The notes beneath the pieces are model-generated. The model was not told the origin of the DNA and searched no databases. It saw nothing but the letters and a program-made list of their open reading frames with translations. From the NCBI GenBank assembly GCA_028716565.1, contig JAQUPL010000001.1, forward strand, positions 280,479 through 344,478: a DNA stretch of 64,000 bases, given 5' to 3'. Each line of letters begins with the position of its first letter. The first letter of the stretch is position 1. The translations under genes were made by a program, and so were the position numbers. This stretch comes from Candidatus Omnitrophota bacterium (lineage in GTDB: Bacteria > Omnitrophota > Gorgyraeia > Pluralincolimonadales > Pluralincolimonadaceae). This document shows, one piece after another, positions 41,858-51,059 of the stretch.

Positions 41858-42895
41858 TTAGTTTATCACGTACCCTTCTGCCAGAAAATCATCACCGATC
41901 TTACGGAAAGAAATTTTTTTAAGCCTTATGGCCTTGCCGGCTTTACCGACACCTTTCCCCTCGACCGACGTCGTCGACTTGCGCCCGCCGATTATTTTAG
42001 GCGCTATAAAGAAATATACTTTATCCACCACCCCTGCATCCAGCGCCGAGGCAACCGTCTCGCCGCCTCCCTCAATCAATACGCTGGTTATCTGCCTTTT
42101 TGCCAATTCGACGAGCAGTGACTTTATGTCCACGCGTCCGTCTCTTTTTTTAGTCGCCGCTATTACCACGTCCCCGCCTTTACTGTTAAATATTCGCGCC
42201 TTATCCGGGATCCTTGTCCTGCCTGCCAGGATGACGCGCAAGGGCTGTTTAGCCCTCTTACCTTTCACCCTAGCCGTCAATAAAGGGTCATCTTTTAAGA
42301 CCGTCCCCGCCCCCACCATCACCGCGTCATGCTCGCTTCTCAGCTTATGGACGAATTCCCGCGCCTTATCGCCGGTTATCCATTTTGAATCGCCGGCCCG
42401 CGTCGCTATCTTCCCGTCAAGGCTTTGGGCGATTTTGACCGCGACAAAAGGCATCTTCTTGGTTATATATTTAATGAAATCCTCGTTCAGTTCGCGGGCC
42501 TCGGCATCCAGAAATCCCACGGAGGTCTTTATGCCGCGGATCCTTAATATTCTCAACCCCCTGCCGTTATTTACGGGGTTAGGGTCTTTGATCGCCGCCA
42601 CGACCCGCTTTATCCCGGACCGGATTATCGCGTCTGTGCACGGCGGCGTCCTGCCGAAGCGGCTGCATGGCTCAAGCGAGATATACATCGTCGCGCCTTC
42701 CGCCTCTTTGCCTGCCTGGCGCAGGGCGTATATCTCGGCGTGCGGCCCGCCGGCGAATTTATGGTAACCGGAGCCGACTATCCTGCCGCGTTTTACTATT
42801 ACCGCGCCGACGCACGGATTCGGGCTGGTCATCCCTTTGGCCTTTTTAGCGAGTTCCAGGGCTATCTTTATATATTTTTCGTCTTCGCTGCGCAT
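41858..42895 (-). CDS. ribD: Bifunctional diaminohydroxyphosphoribosylaminopyrimidine deaminase / 5-amino-6-(5-phosphoribosylamino)uracil reductase
   Basis: 345 aa; CMP/dCMP deaminase zinc motif HAE...PCxxC and a C-terminal reductase domain. Confidence 0.9.
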   Translation of the reverse strand: MRSEDEKYIKIALELAKKAKGMTSPNPCVGAVIVKRGRIVGSGYHKFAGGPHAEIYALRQAGKEAEGATMYISLEPCSRFGRTPPCTDAIIRSGIKRVVAAIKDPNPVNNGRGLRILRIRGIKTSVGFLDAEARELNEDFIKYITKKMPFVAVKIAQSLDGKIATRAGDSKWITGDKAREFVHKLRSEHDAVMVGAGTVLKDDPLLTARVKGKRAKQPLRVILAGRTRIPDKARIFNSKGGDVVIAATKKRDGRVDIKSLLVELAKRQITSVLIEGGGETVASALDAGVVDKVYFFIAPKIIGGRKSTTSVEGKGVGKAGKAIRLKKISFRKIGDDFLAEGYVIN

Positions 42896-43701
42896 CTTTT
42901 AAGTTCCTCGACGATCGTATACGGTACTTTGACCGTGCCCATAAGCATATGGCCTTTGTTAACTCCGTGGCAATCCGAGCCGCCGCTGACCAGGAGCCCG
43001 TATTCCTTCGCGAGTTCAAGATACTTTTTCGTGACCTGTTTCGAATGCTCGGAATGATAGGCCTCGATCCCGTCCAGCCCGTATTTTACGAATTTCGGGA
43101 TGAGCGCATCGCCGCCCATCAAATTAGGGTGAGCGTAGACCGCGACGGCTCCGACCCTCTTCAGTTCGGCAATGGCGTCCTTCGCCGTTATATCATAATG
43201 CGCCACATAACAGGGCCCCTTGTCCCCTATGAACCGCTTGAACGCCTCCTGGATCGAGGAGACGTAACCCCCTTCCTCAAGCACAGCTGCCACATGCAGC
43301 CTGCCGACCGAGCCCGGGCCGCTCAATTCAAATACGCGGGTGGGATCCAGGTTTACATTATATTTTTTAAGTTTTTCTACCATCCGGTATACCCTGTCTA
43401 CCCTGTTCTTCCGGATGGACTCCAGCCTCCCGAGAAACTTCTTGTCTTTTATGTCCGGATAAAACCCCAGAAGATGGACCTCATGGCCTTTCTCCTGGGC
43501 GGACATCTCGACCCCGGGGATTATTTCCAGCCCGGTTTTTTTAGCGGCCTTCATCGCGGACCCGATGCCGTCGACGCAGTCATGGTCGGTTATCGCTATG
43601 CACGAGAGCCCTACCTTGACGGCATTCTCGACGACCTCCTGGGGCGTAAAAGTCCCGTCGGAGAGATGCGTATGGACGTGGAGGTCAGCCGTTCTTTCCA
43701 C
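42868..43701 (-). CDS. PHP-domain metal-dependent phosphoesterase (TrpH/YciV-like)
   Basis: DLHVHTHLSDG PHP motif. The ORF track starts at a TTG (43731); a GTG at 43699-43701 preceded by AGGAAGAGG is a likelier start. Sits between nusB and ribD inside the rib operon. Confidence 0.75.
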   Translation of the reverse strand: MERTADLHVHTHLSDGTFTPQEVVENAVKVGLSCIAITDHDCVDGIGSAMKAAKKTGLEIIPGVEMSAQEKGHEVHLLGFYPDIKDKKFLGRLESIRKNRVDRVYRMVEKLKKYNVNLDPTRVFELSGPGSVGRLHVAAVLEEGGYVSSIQEAFKRFIGDKGPCYVAHYDITAKDAIAELKRVGAVAVYAHPNLMGGDALIPKFVKYGLDGIEAYHSEHSKQVTKKYLELAKEYGLLVSGGSDCHGVNKGHMLMGTVKVPYTIVEELKRCAAKTKNI

Positions 43702-44107
43702 CGGGTGCCTCTTCCTTGTTGATCTTGTCAAGGATGCCGTTCACAAATTTCCCGGATTCGGTATCCCCGAATTTCTTGGCGAGGTCGACGGCCTCGTTTA
43801 TGGACACCTTCGGGGGTATGTCTTCGCAAAAGAGCAGCTCATAAGCAGCCATCCTGAGGACGTTGCGGTCGATGACAGCCATCCTGCTGAGTTTCCAATT
43901 GCTGGCATATTTCGAGATCATTTCGTCGATCTTCTTTTTGTTCCTGATCGCACCGATGACGATCTTAGCGGCGAAATCCGATACCTCAGGCTCCGTCTCT
44001 ATGTTCTTCCAGAAATCCACCAGGATCTTGTCCTCGGGGTCGTTCCTGACGTCGATCTGGTATAATATCTGGAGCGCGTATTCGCGCGCCTGCGTGCGTT
44101 TTCTCAT
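43685..44107 (-). CDS. nusB: Transcription antitermination factor NusB
   Basis: 140 aa; canonical NusB; ribH-nusB adjacency. Confidence 0.9.
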   Translation of the reverse strand: MRKRTQAREYALQILYQIDVRNDPEDKILVDFWKNIETEPEVSDFAAKIVIGAIRNKKKIDEMISKYASNWKLSRMAVIDRNVLRMAAYELLFCEDIPPKVSINEAVDLAKKFGDTESGKFVNGILDKINKEEAPGGKNG

Positions 44108-44108
44108 C

Positions 44109-44579
44109 TTAGATGTTTTCTAAGAGGTTAGCCATCTCTATAGCGGATATCGCAGCGTCGCGGCCCTTGTTCCCGTCCTTGGTCCCGGCCCGCTCGATAG
44201 CCTGCTCGAGGTTTTCGGCGGTTATGACGCCGAATATCACCGGTATGCCCGTATCAAGCGATACCTTCGCGACGCCCTTCGCCGCTTCACCGGCCACATA
44301 CTCGAAATGCGGGGTCGAGCCCTTTATGACAGCACCGATGCATATCACAGCATCGAATTTCTTCGACTTCGCGATCTTATTCGCCACGACCGGTATCTCG
44401 AATGCGCCCGGCACCCATATGGCTTCGATCTCGCTGTCCTTCGCGCCGTGCCGCATCAAGGTATCGATAGCCCCCTCCAGAAGGCGTTTCGAGATGAAAT
44501 CGTTGAACCTTGAGACGACTATCGCGAATTTCTTTCCTTTCGCGATCAACTGCCCTTCGACTGTCTTTACCATCTTCAT
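44109..44579 (-). CDS. ribH: 6,7-dimethyl-8-ribityllumazine synthase
   Basis: 156 aa; canonical lumazine synthase sequence. Confidence 0.95.
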   Translation of the reverse strand: MKMVKTVEGQLIAKGKKFAIVVSRFNDFISKRLLEGAIDTLMRHGAKDSEIEAIWVPGAFEIPVVANKIAKSKKFDAVICIGAVIKGSTPHFEYVAGEAAKGVAKVSLDTGIPVIFGVITAENLEQAIERAGTKDGNKGRDAAISAIEMANLLENI

Positions 44580-44591
44580 CCTCCTTCTCTT

Positions 44592-45791
44592 TTAACGGAT
44601 CCCTTTTAACACGTGTCCCATTTTCTCTTTCTTTACCCTTAAATACCGCAGGTTCCTCGGGTTCGAGGGCATCTCGATAGGGACGCGCTCGACAACTTTT
44701 AACCCGTATCCCTCGAGGCCGACTATCTTCTGCGGGTTATTGGTGATGAGGCGTATCTTTTTTATGCCGAGGTCTGCCAGTATCTGGGCGCCGGTGCCGT
44801 AATCACGCAGGTCGGCTTCGAAACCGAGCGCCTTATTCGCCTCGACAGTGTCCATCCCTTTATCCTGCAGCGCGTACGCTTTTATCTTGTTCTCAAGCCC
44901 TATCCCCCGGCCTTCCTGCCTCATATACAGGAGAACGCCGCGGCCTTCCCTCTTTATCATGGACAAAGCCTGCCTGAGCTGCCCTCCGCAATCGCAGCGC
45001 AGGGAACCAAATACGTCGCCTGTCAGGCACTCCGAATGGACCCTGACCAAAACCGGCCTCTCCGATATTTTTCCCAACACAAGCGCGACATGCACTTTCT
45101 TATCGATAATTGATTCGTAAAGCCGGAGCCTGAACTCGCCGTATCCGGTCGGCAGGGTGGTCTCTTCTATCTCTTGGACAAGCTTTTCGGCGGCCATGCG
45201 GTATTTAATAAGGGCCGCTATGGAACAGATCCTGAGTTTATGCTTCCGGGCGAATTTTATAAGCTGGGATGTCCTGGCCATCGTCCCGTCGTCATTCATT
45301 ATCTCGCAGATGACGCCGGCCGCCTTCAGCCTCGCCAATTTAGCAAGGTCTACCGCAGCTTCAGTATGGCCGGTCCTGACGAGCACCCCGCCCTCTTTCG
45401 CCCTCAACGGGAAGATATGGCCGGGCCGGCTGAAATCCACTGGCTTCGACCTGGGATTTACGAGCGCCTTTATCGTCTTTGACCTGTCTTGGGCGGATAT
45501 GCCGGTAGTGACGCCTTCCTTCGCGTCGATCGACATCGTCCACGCGGTGTTAAAATTACCGCCGCCGGTCTCGGATAGCACCTCTATCCCCAGCTCGCGA
45601 AGGCGTTTCTCTTCCATGGGGACGCATATTAGGCCGCGGCCGTATTTCGCCATGAAATTTATCGCCTCGGGCGTGACGAATTCCGCGGCCATAAGCAGGT
45701 CCCCCTCGTTCTCGCGGTCCTCGTCGTCGATGACGATGATCATCCTGCCCTTTTTGATATCCTCTATTGCTTCTTTGATCGTGTTGAACAT
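44592..45791 (-). CDS. ribBA: Bifunctional 3,4-dihydroxy-2-butanone-4-phosphate synthase / GTP cyclohydrolase II
   Basis: 399 aa; DHBP synthase N-domain ([10 protein letters not shown]) and GCHII C-domain with a Cys-x2-Cys...Cys zinc site. Confidence 0.95.
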   Translation of the reverse strand: MFNTIKEAIEDIKKGRMIIVIDDEDRENEGDLLMAAEFVTPEAINFMAKYGRGLICVPMEEKRLRELGIEVLSETGGGNFNTAWTMSIDAKEGVTTGISAQDRSKTIKALVNPRSKPVDFSRPGHIFPLRAKEGGVLVRTGHTEAAVDLAKLARLKAAGVICEIMNDDGTMARTSQLIKFARKHKLRICSIAALIKYRMAAEKLVQEIEETTLPTGYGEFRLRLYESIIDKKVHVALVLGKISERPVLVRVHSECLTGDVFGSLRCDCGGQLRQALSMIKREGRGVLLYMRQEGRGIGLENKIKAYALQDKGMDTVEANKALGFEADLRDYGTGAQILADLGIKKIRLITNNPQKIVGLEGYGLKVVERVPIEMPSNPRNLRYLRVKKEKMGHVLKGIR

Positions 45792-45844
45792 TATATTCTT
45801 TCCATCCTGTAGCCTGAACGGCTACGGGATATTTTCCTTCGGAA

Positions 45845-46040
45845 AATAAAAAACCCGAAGATCTCTCTTCGGGTCAAAATACGCGATATGGCGGCATAAA
45901 AACCGCTTATCTTCTCCCATCTAGACTTTGACTATTGGCTCCGTGGTTACAACGGATCTGTCCCATCCTTAAAACATATGGATTTGGGACTCGCAGGCTT
46001 TAACTGCCAGTGGGGAATTTCACCCCTCCCGAAGATGTAA
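45845..46040 (-). ncRNA. FMN riboswitch (RFN element) with intrinsic terminator expression platform, leader of ribBA
   Basis: The minus strand reads CTTCGGGAGGGGTGAAATTCCCCACTGGCAGTTAAAGCCTGCGAGTCC...AAGGATGGGACAGATCCGTTGTAACCACGGAGCCAATAGTCAAAGTCTAGATGGGAGAAG, matching conserved RFN blocks. Downstream is a hairpin CCCGAAGA-GAGA-TCTTCGGG followed by TTTTTT (45845-45875). Confidence 0.85.
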
Positions 46041-46042
46041 TA

Positions 46043-46071
46043 ATTTTATACTATATACCGCTTATTGTCAA
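46043..46071 (-). promoter_or_regulatory. Candidate rib-operon promoter (TTGACA-17-TAAAAT) placing the TSS at the riboswitch 5' end
   Basis: -35 TTGACA (complement of 46066-46071) embedded in the palindrome CCGCTTATTGTCAAGCGG; -10 TAAAAT (complement of 46043-46048). Confidence 0.5.
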
Positions 46072-46173
46072 GCGGTATGGTTCATGCGGGTGACTGCCGA
46101 CGGAGCCCTTGCCCGCGAACCATAGTGAGCGGGCGAGGTGCTCGGCAGGCAGGACCCGTTCACATGGGTCTTA

Positions 46174-46202
46174 TTGACAAGCCGGGGGTTATAGGGTATC
46201 AT
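46174..46202 (+). promoter_or_regulatory. Consensus sigma70-like promoter TTGACA-17-TATCAT for the divergent GAF-GGDEF gene
   Basis: -35 at 46174-46179, -10 at 46197-46202, only 10 nt before ATG 46213 (near-leaderless). Confidence 0.5.
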
Positions 46203-46212
46203 TAATCCCGTT

Positions 46213-47382
46213 ATGGAAAAAAAGAACGTACAGGAAAGGCTTGACAGGATACGCGCTGAATTGGCGATCTTCTATGAGATCGGCAACGCGATGCGCTCTA
46301 CCCTCAATCTTGAGGAGATCCTCTTTATCATATTGACCGGAGTGACCTCCCACGCGGGCCTCGGCTTCAACAGGGCCATGCTCTTCCTTGTGAACGAGCA
46401 GGAGAACACTCTCGAGGGAAAGATGGGTTTAGGCCCCCATTCCGGCGAAGAGGCCGGCCTCATCTGGAGCAGGATATCTTCCCAGCAGATGTCGCTCGAA
46501 GACCTCATATCGGCCTATACCTTCTATAAAAAGGGCGGGTCAGACCTCGACAAGGCAGTAAGGGGCATAAAGATCCCCTTACGCGAGGATGCCGGAGTTC
46601 TTGCCGTGACCGTTCTTGAAGGTATGAGCATGGAGGTAACCACGGACGAGGCTCGTCATAAGACAGCCAACGACCCTGTCCTGCAATTCTTAAGGACCGA
46701 GTATTTCGTGACCGTCCCGCTCAAGGCAAAGGATAAAGTTGTAGGAGTGATACTGGCGGACAACCTATTCACGAAGAAACCCATACTCAAGGACGACATA
46801 AGGACTTTGACGATGTTCGCGAACCATGCCGGCCTCGCGATCGAAAATTCACGGCTTTATGAGCAAACGGTTTACGAATCCAATACCGATACTCTCACGC
46901 GGCTCTGGAACCACGGATATTTCCAATTCCTCCTGACCGAGGAACTGAAGAAGGCTTACGAGAGCAAGTCCCCCCTCTCCATGGTCATGTTCGACATAGA
47001 TAATTTCAAGAACTATAACGACACGATGGGGCACCAGATGGGAGACCAGATCCTCCGTGAGGTAGCGAGGATATTAAAGACCGTCTGCGACGGGAAGGGT
47101 TTTGTGGCACGCTACGGCGGCGAGGAGTTCGCCGTGATACTTCCCAACCAGGGTAAAAACCCCGCTTATACTATCGCGGAAAACCTCAGGATGGCGATAG
47201 AAAACTTCGAGTTTAAAGGACAGCAAGTCCAACCTACCAAGAACCTTACCATAAGCGCGGGCCTCTCTACCTACCCAGAAGACGCGCCCGATAAAGAAAA
47301 GCTGATCTACTTAGCTGATATGGCGCTGTATGAAGCGAAGAGGACCGGCAAAAACAAAGTCTGCGCCTATAGGTCCAGATGA
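46213..47382 (+). CDS. GAF-GGDEF diguanylate cyclase
   Basis: 389 aa; N-terminal GAF domain, C-terminal GGDEF domain with RYGGEEF motif. Confidence 0.85.
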   Translation: MEKKNVQERLDRIRAELAIFYEIGNAMRSTLNLEEILFIILTGVTSHAGLGFNRAMLFLVNEQENTLEGKMGLGPHSGEEAGLIWSRISSQQMSLEDLISAYTFYKKGGSDLDKAVRGIKIPLREDAGVLAVTVLEGMSMEVTTDEARHKTANDPVLQFLRTEYFVTVPLKAKDKVVGVILADNLFTKKPILKDDIRTLTMFANHAGLAIENSRLYEQTVYESNTDTLTRLWNHGYFQFLLTEELKKAYESKSPLSMVMFDIDNFKNYNDTMGHQMGDQILREVARILKTVCDGKGFVARYGGEEFAVILPNQGKNPAYTIAENLRMAIENFEFKGQQVQPTKNLTISAGLSTYPEDAPDKEKLIYLADMALYEAKRTGKNKVCAYRSR

Positions 47383-47384
47383 CC

Positions 47385-50300
47385 TTAAGCTGTCTTCGCC
47401 TCCAGCTCTTGTGAAAACTTAACCGAAACGATCTTCGATACACCCGACTCCTCCATAGTGATGCCATACATTACGTCGGCCACCGAAATCGTCTTCTTGT
47501 TATGTGTTATTATTATGAACTGCGAAGTCTTCACGAAATCCTTCAGCACTCTGCAGAACCTGTCTATATTAGCCTCGTCGAGCGCCGCGTCCATCTCGTC
47601 CATCACGCAGAACGGGCTGGGTTTCACCTTAAATATGGAGAAGAGGAGCGCTATCGCGGTCATTGAACGCTCGCCTCCGGATAGCAGCGATATGGATTGA
47701 GGCTTCTTACCCGGGGGCCGCGCGATTATCTCGATGCCGCTCTCGAGGATATCCTCCTGGTCGATGAGCAGAAGTTCAGCGTCGCCTCCGCCGAAGAGCA
47801 GCCTGAACATATCCCTGAATTCGGCCTGTATCTTTTGGAATGTCTCGAGGAACATCTCTCGGGTCGTCCTGTTGAGCTTGTTTATCGCCTTATGCAGGTC
47901 ATCTTTAGCCAGGACGAGGTCCTGCTGCTGGGTTGTCAGGAAGTTATACCTCTCCTGCAGTTCCTGGTGCTCTTCTATCGCGACAAGATTTACCGGTCCC
48001 ATGCCTTCTAGCTTGGAGCGCAGGGCCTCCATCTTGTCGTTCATCTCGTCCCAATTTATGTCTTCGGGTATGGCCGCTTGCTCAAGGTCGGTCTCGACTT
48101 TATAGACCTGGATCAGCCTGTCGCGCAGGCTGTTCTTCCTGTAATTGAACTCGGTGGTCTTGACCTCAAGGGTGTGCAGGCGACCGCTCAATTCATTAAA
48201 GGACTTCTGGGCCTCCTTTGACTCGTTCTCTACGCGGGATATGGAATCGCCTGCAGTTTTCCTTTCATCCAATATCTGGCGCGAATCGGATTCCGCCGCT
48301 ATCCTGGCGCTGACGAGCTCCTCATTCCTCTTGGCAAGCTGTTCCGATTCGACCATCAATTCCGAGATCCTCATCTTGGAATCCCTGATCTCTTTCTCTT
48401 TCGAGGCCAGACCGGTTTTTTCGTCTTCGAAAGACCTCGCCATCATGGAGAGGGCGTTGGTTACCGAGACCTCCTTGTCCTTAAGCATGTCCAACTCAGT
48501 CTTGCTCTGGGTTATAAGGACAAGCGTATCCTCCCTCTCTTTCAGCTTGAGGGTTATCGTATCCTGGTTCGACTTGATCGTATCCTGGACTTTCGCGTCT
48601 TCGTCGTCGAGCAAGGCGAGCTCTTTCTTAAGCTCCTCCTCCTTGGTCACGTAGGTGTCTATCTCGGAGTTCACCTCCCCGAGTTCAAGGTTCAACAGCG
48701 ACTCCTCCTCGTTAAGCTTGTTCATGGCTTCTTCAAGGCCGGCTTTTTCGCTGATCTTGTTGGCGTTATCTATCTGAATCTTATGTATATCTTCGGCGAC
48801 AGCCTTCGTCTCTGCCTGGAGCGAGTCCCTGAGTTGCTTCTTCTCCTGGAGGCCGCGTTCGAGGGCCGCGGACTTCGCCTTCAGGTTTTCTATTGTTATC
48901 CTCAATTCCTTTATCTTGGCGTCCCTTCCTATCAGGCCGAAACCTTCCGCCTTCTGGACCTTGCCTCCGGCCGAAAGCCCTTTCTCCACGACTTCGCCGT
49001 TCTTGGTTATGAGCCTGACATGGTCCTGCCGCCCGGCTATCGAGCCGAACGCGGACTCCAGGTCATCCGCAAGGTAAGTATCGCGCAACATGAATTCGAT
49101 GACGCACTTTACGCTTCCTTCCGCCTTTATGTAATTTATGAGGTCTGTCCTTGATCCTGAACGGGAGACGCCTTCCAGCGGTATGAATGTGGCGCGGCCG
49201 AGCGAACCTTCGTCCAGGAATTTGATGAGCCTTTTCGCGGTCTCATTATCTTTGACGATAACGGCCTGTACCAGGTCCCCTAAAGCCGCCTCTATAGCAT
49301 TATCGTAACCCTGGAAAGGTTCGATCAGGTCGGCAACTATGCCCACTACCCCCTGAGATATGGGCGAACCCTTCTCCACTTCTTTCAGGACACTCTTTAC
49401 TCCGAGCGAGAAACCCTCATATTTGGCCTTGAGGTCTTCAAGGAAAGTGAGCCGCGATTGCGCCGCGGTCAATTCCGAACTGAGGCCCTGGAATTCGACC
49501 TCGAGGTTAGTTATCTCTTCACTTAGCGAGCTTAAGTCCCCCTCGGCCTGGGCTTTTTTCCAGTTAAGGTTCTCTATATCCTTGGATATCCTTTCCACGA
49601 AGGCCACCAGCTCACCGAGTTTCTGGCCGGAGGCGGCCCTTTCCTCATCGACCTTCCTCTTCTCTACTTCTATCCTTCTCTGGCGCGCGCCCAGGTGCTG
49701 GGTGTGCGCGACTAATTTCGTCAATTCGTTGCGGGCCTTCGTCTGACCCGCCGCAATATCCACGACGTAGAGTTTCGCCTTTTCTATGTTCTGCTGGCAG
49801 GTCTTTATAGTTTCGGCGATGGCCTCAAGATATTTGGTCTTTTCTTCTATCTCAGACTTCTTATTTTCCTCGTTGCTCCTGAAAAGGCCGGCCTCGGAAT
49901 TCAGGCGGCCTACTTCGTTCTCCAGGCTGGAAAGCCTTTCGCGGTTACCGGCGATATCTTTTTCCAGCCCCGCGATCCTGGAATTGATCTCGTTAGACCT
50001 TTCGGAATTATAGGATATTTTGTCCTTATTCCTTTCGACCTGGCCTTCTATATTGACCGCATTGGCCTTCGCGTCCGACAACCGCTGGTCGACCTTCGCC
50101 AGGTCGTCGCGCAGCGAAGCCAGTTTCGTATCCAGCCCCGAGATGACGGAATTAAGTTCAGACTCCTTCGCCGCCAGGGAATCCCTGTCGGACGATATAC
50201 TGCCTTCTTCCTGCCTTATCTTCTTGAATTCCGCCGCAGCGGTCCATACCTCCATCTCCTTCAGCTTCTCGAAATCTTCCTTATATTTCCTGGCTTTATT

Positions 50301-50927
50301 GGCCTGGCGCTCGATGGAATTTATCTGGCGCTTTACTTCGGTTATCACGTCGCTTACCCTGAGGAGGTTCGCCTCTGTCTGCTCAAGTTTTCTCAAGGCT
50401 TCTTTCTTCTTGGCCTTGTACCTGGTAATGCCGGCGGCCTCCTCGAATACATAGCGCCTCTCTTCCGGGCGCGAGTCTAATAATTCGGCTATCCTGTTCT
50501 GTTCCATGAGGGAATAGGTGGACGTGCCGATGCCGGTCCCCATTAAAAGCTCGTTGATATCTTTTAGCCTTACGGGAGTCTTGTTTATGAAATATTCGCT
50601 CTCTCCTGAACGGAATACTCTCCTTGTTATTGTGACTTCGTCATATTCCGTAGGGAGGATCTTGGGCTGGTTTACTATCGTGAGGGATACTTCCGCGAAT
50701 CCAAGGGCTTCTTTTCCGTCGGTGCCGCTGAAGATGACGTCTTCCATCTTTGTACCGCGGATCTCCCTGGCCGAGGTCTCTCCGAGGACCCACTTGATCG
50801 AGTCAGAGATGTTCGATTTACCGCAGCCGTTAGGGCCGACTATCGCCGTTACTCCCGGCTCAAAATTCAGCTCGGTCTTGTTAGCGAACGACTTGAAGCC
50901 AAAAAGTTCCAGGTTCTTAAAATGCAA
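47385..50927 (-). CDS. smc: Chromosome partition protein Smc
   Basis: 1180 aa; N-terminal Walker A GPNGCGKSN, long coiled coils, hinge, C-terminal LSGGE signature and Walker B. TTG start with a GGGAGGG Shine-Dalgarno. Confidence 0.95.
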   Translation of the reverse strand: MHFKNLELFGFKSFANKTELNFEPGVTAIVGPNGCGKSNISDSIKWVLGETSAREIRGTKMEDVIFSGTDGKEALGFAEVSLTIVNQPKILPTEYDEVTITRRVFRSGESEYFINKTPVRLKDINELLMGTGIGTSTYSLMEQNRIAELLDSRPEERRYVFEEAAGITRYKAKKKEALRKLEQTEANLLRVSDVITEVKRQINSIERQANKARKYKEDFEKLKEMEVWTAAAEFKKIRQEEGSISSDRDSLAAKESELNSVISGLDTKLASLRDDLAKVDQRLSDAKANAVNIEGQVERNKDKISYNSERSNEINSRIAGLEKDIAGNRERLSSLENEVGRLNSEAGLFRSNEENKKSEIEEKTKYLEAIAETIKTCQQNIEKAKLYVVDIAAGQTKARNELTKLVAHTQHLGARQRRIEVEKRKVDEERAASGQKLGELVAFVERISKDIENLNWKKAQAEGDLSSLSEEITNLEVEFQGLSSELTAAQSRLTFLEDLKAKYEGFSLGVKSVLKEVEKGSPISQGVVGIVADLIEPFQGYDNAIEAALGDLVQAVIVKDNETAKRLIKFLDEGSLGRATFIPLEGVSRSGSRTDLINYIKAEGSVKCVIEFMLRDTYLADDLESAFGSIAGRQDHVRLITKNGEVVEKGLSAGGKVQKAEGFGLIGRDAKIKELRITIENLKAKSAALERGLQEKKQLRDSLQAETKAVAEDIHKIQIDNANKISEKAGLEEAMNKLNEEESLLNLELGEVNSEIDTYVTKEEELKKELALLDDEDAKVQDTIKSNQDTITLKLKEREDTLVLITQSKTELDMLKDKEVSVTNALSMMARSFEDEKTGLASKEKEIRDSKMRISELMVESEQLAKRNEELVSARIAAESDSRQILDERKTAGDSISRVENESKEAQKSFNELSGRLHTLEVKTTEFNYRKNSLRDRLIQVYKVETDLEQAAIPEDINWDEMNDKMEALRSKLEGMGPVNLVAIEEHQELQERYNFLTTQQQDLVLAKDDLHKAINKLNRTTREMFLETFQKIQAEFRDMFRLLFGGGDAELLLIDQEDILESGIEIIARPPGKKPQSISLLSGGERSMTAIALLFSIFKVKPSPFCVMDEMDAALDEANIDRFCRVLKDFVKTSQFIIITHNKKTISVADVMYGITMEESGVSKIVSVKFSQELEAKTA

Positions 50928-51059
50928 ATTGGCACCCTCCCTTCCGACAGTTGAACACCCAAAATTGTTCTCGGTCGGGGAGTGCCAAGATTATTTTGTT
51001 ATCTTTGTTCCGAATTGTTAGTTAAAAAATAACATATATCGCGTATTTTGTCAATAGAT

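Noticed and set aside
46079-46170. Possible c-di-GMP riboswitch in front of the GAF-GGDEF gene
   Set aside because: The GC-rich structured block lies upstream of the predicted -35 of that gene (so it is probably not in its transcript) and lacks the GEMM tetraloop/receptor consensus. It is kept only as a candidate operator region.
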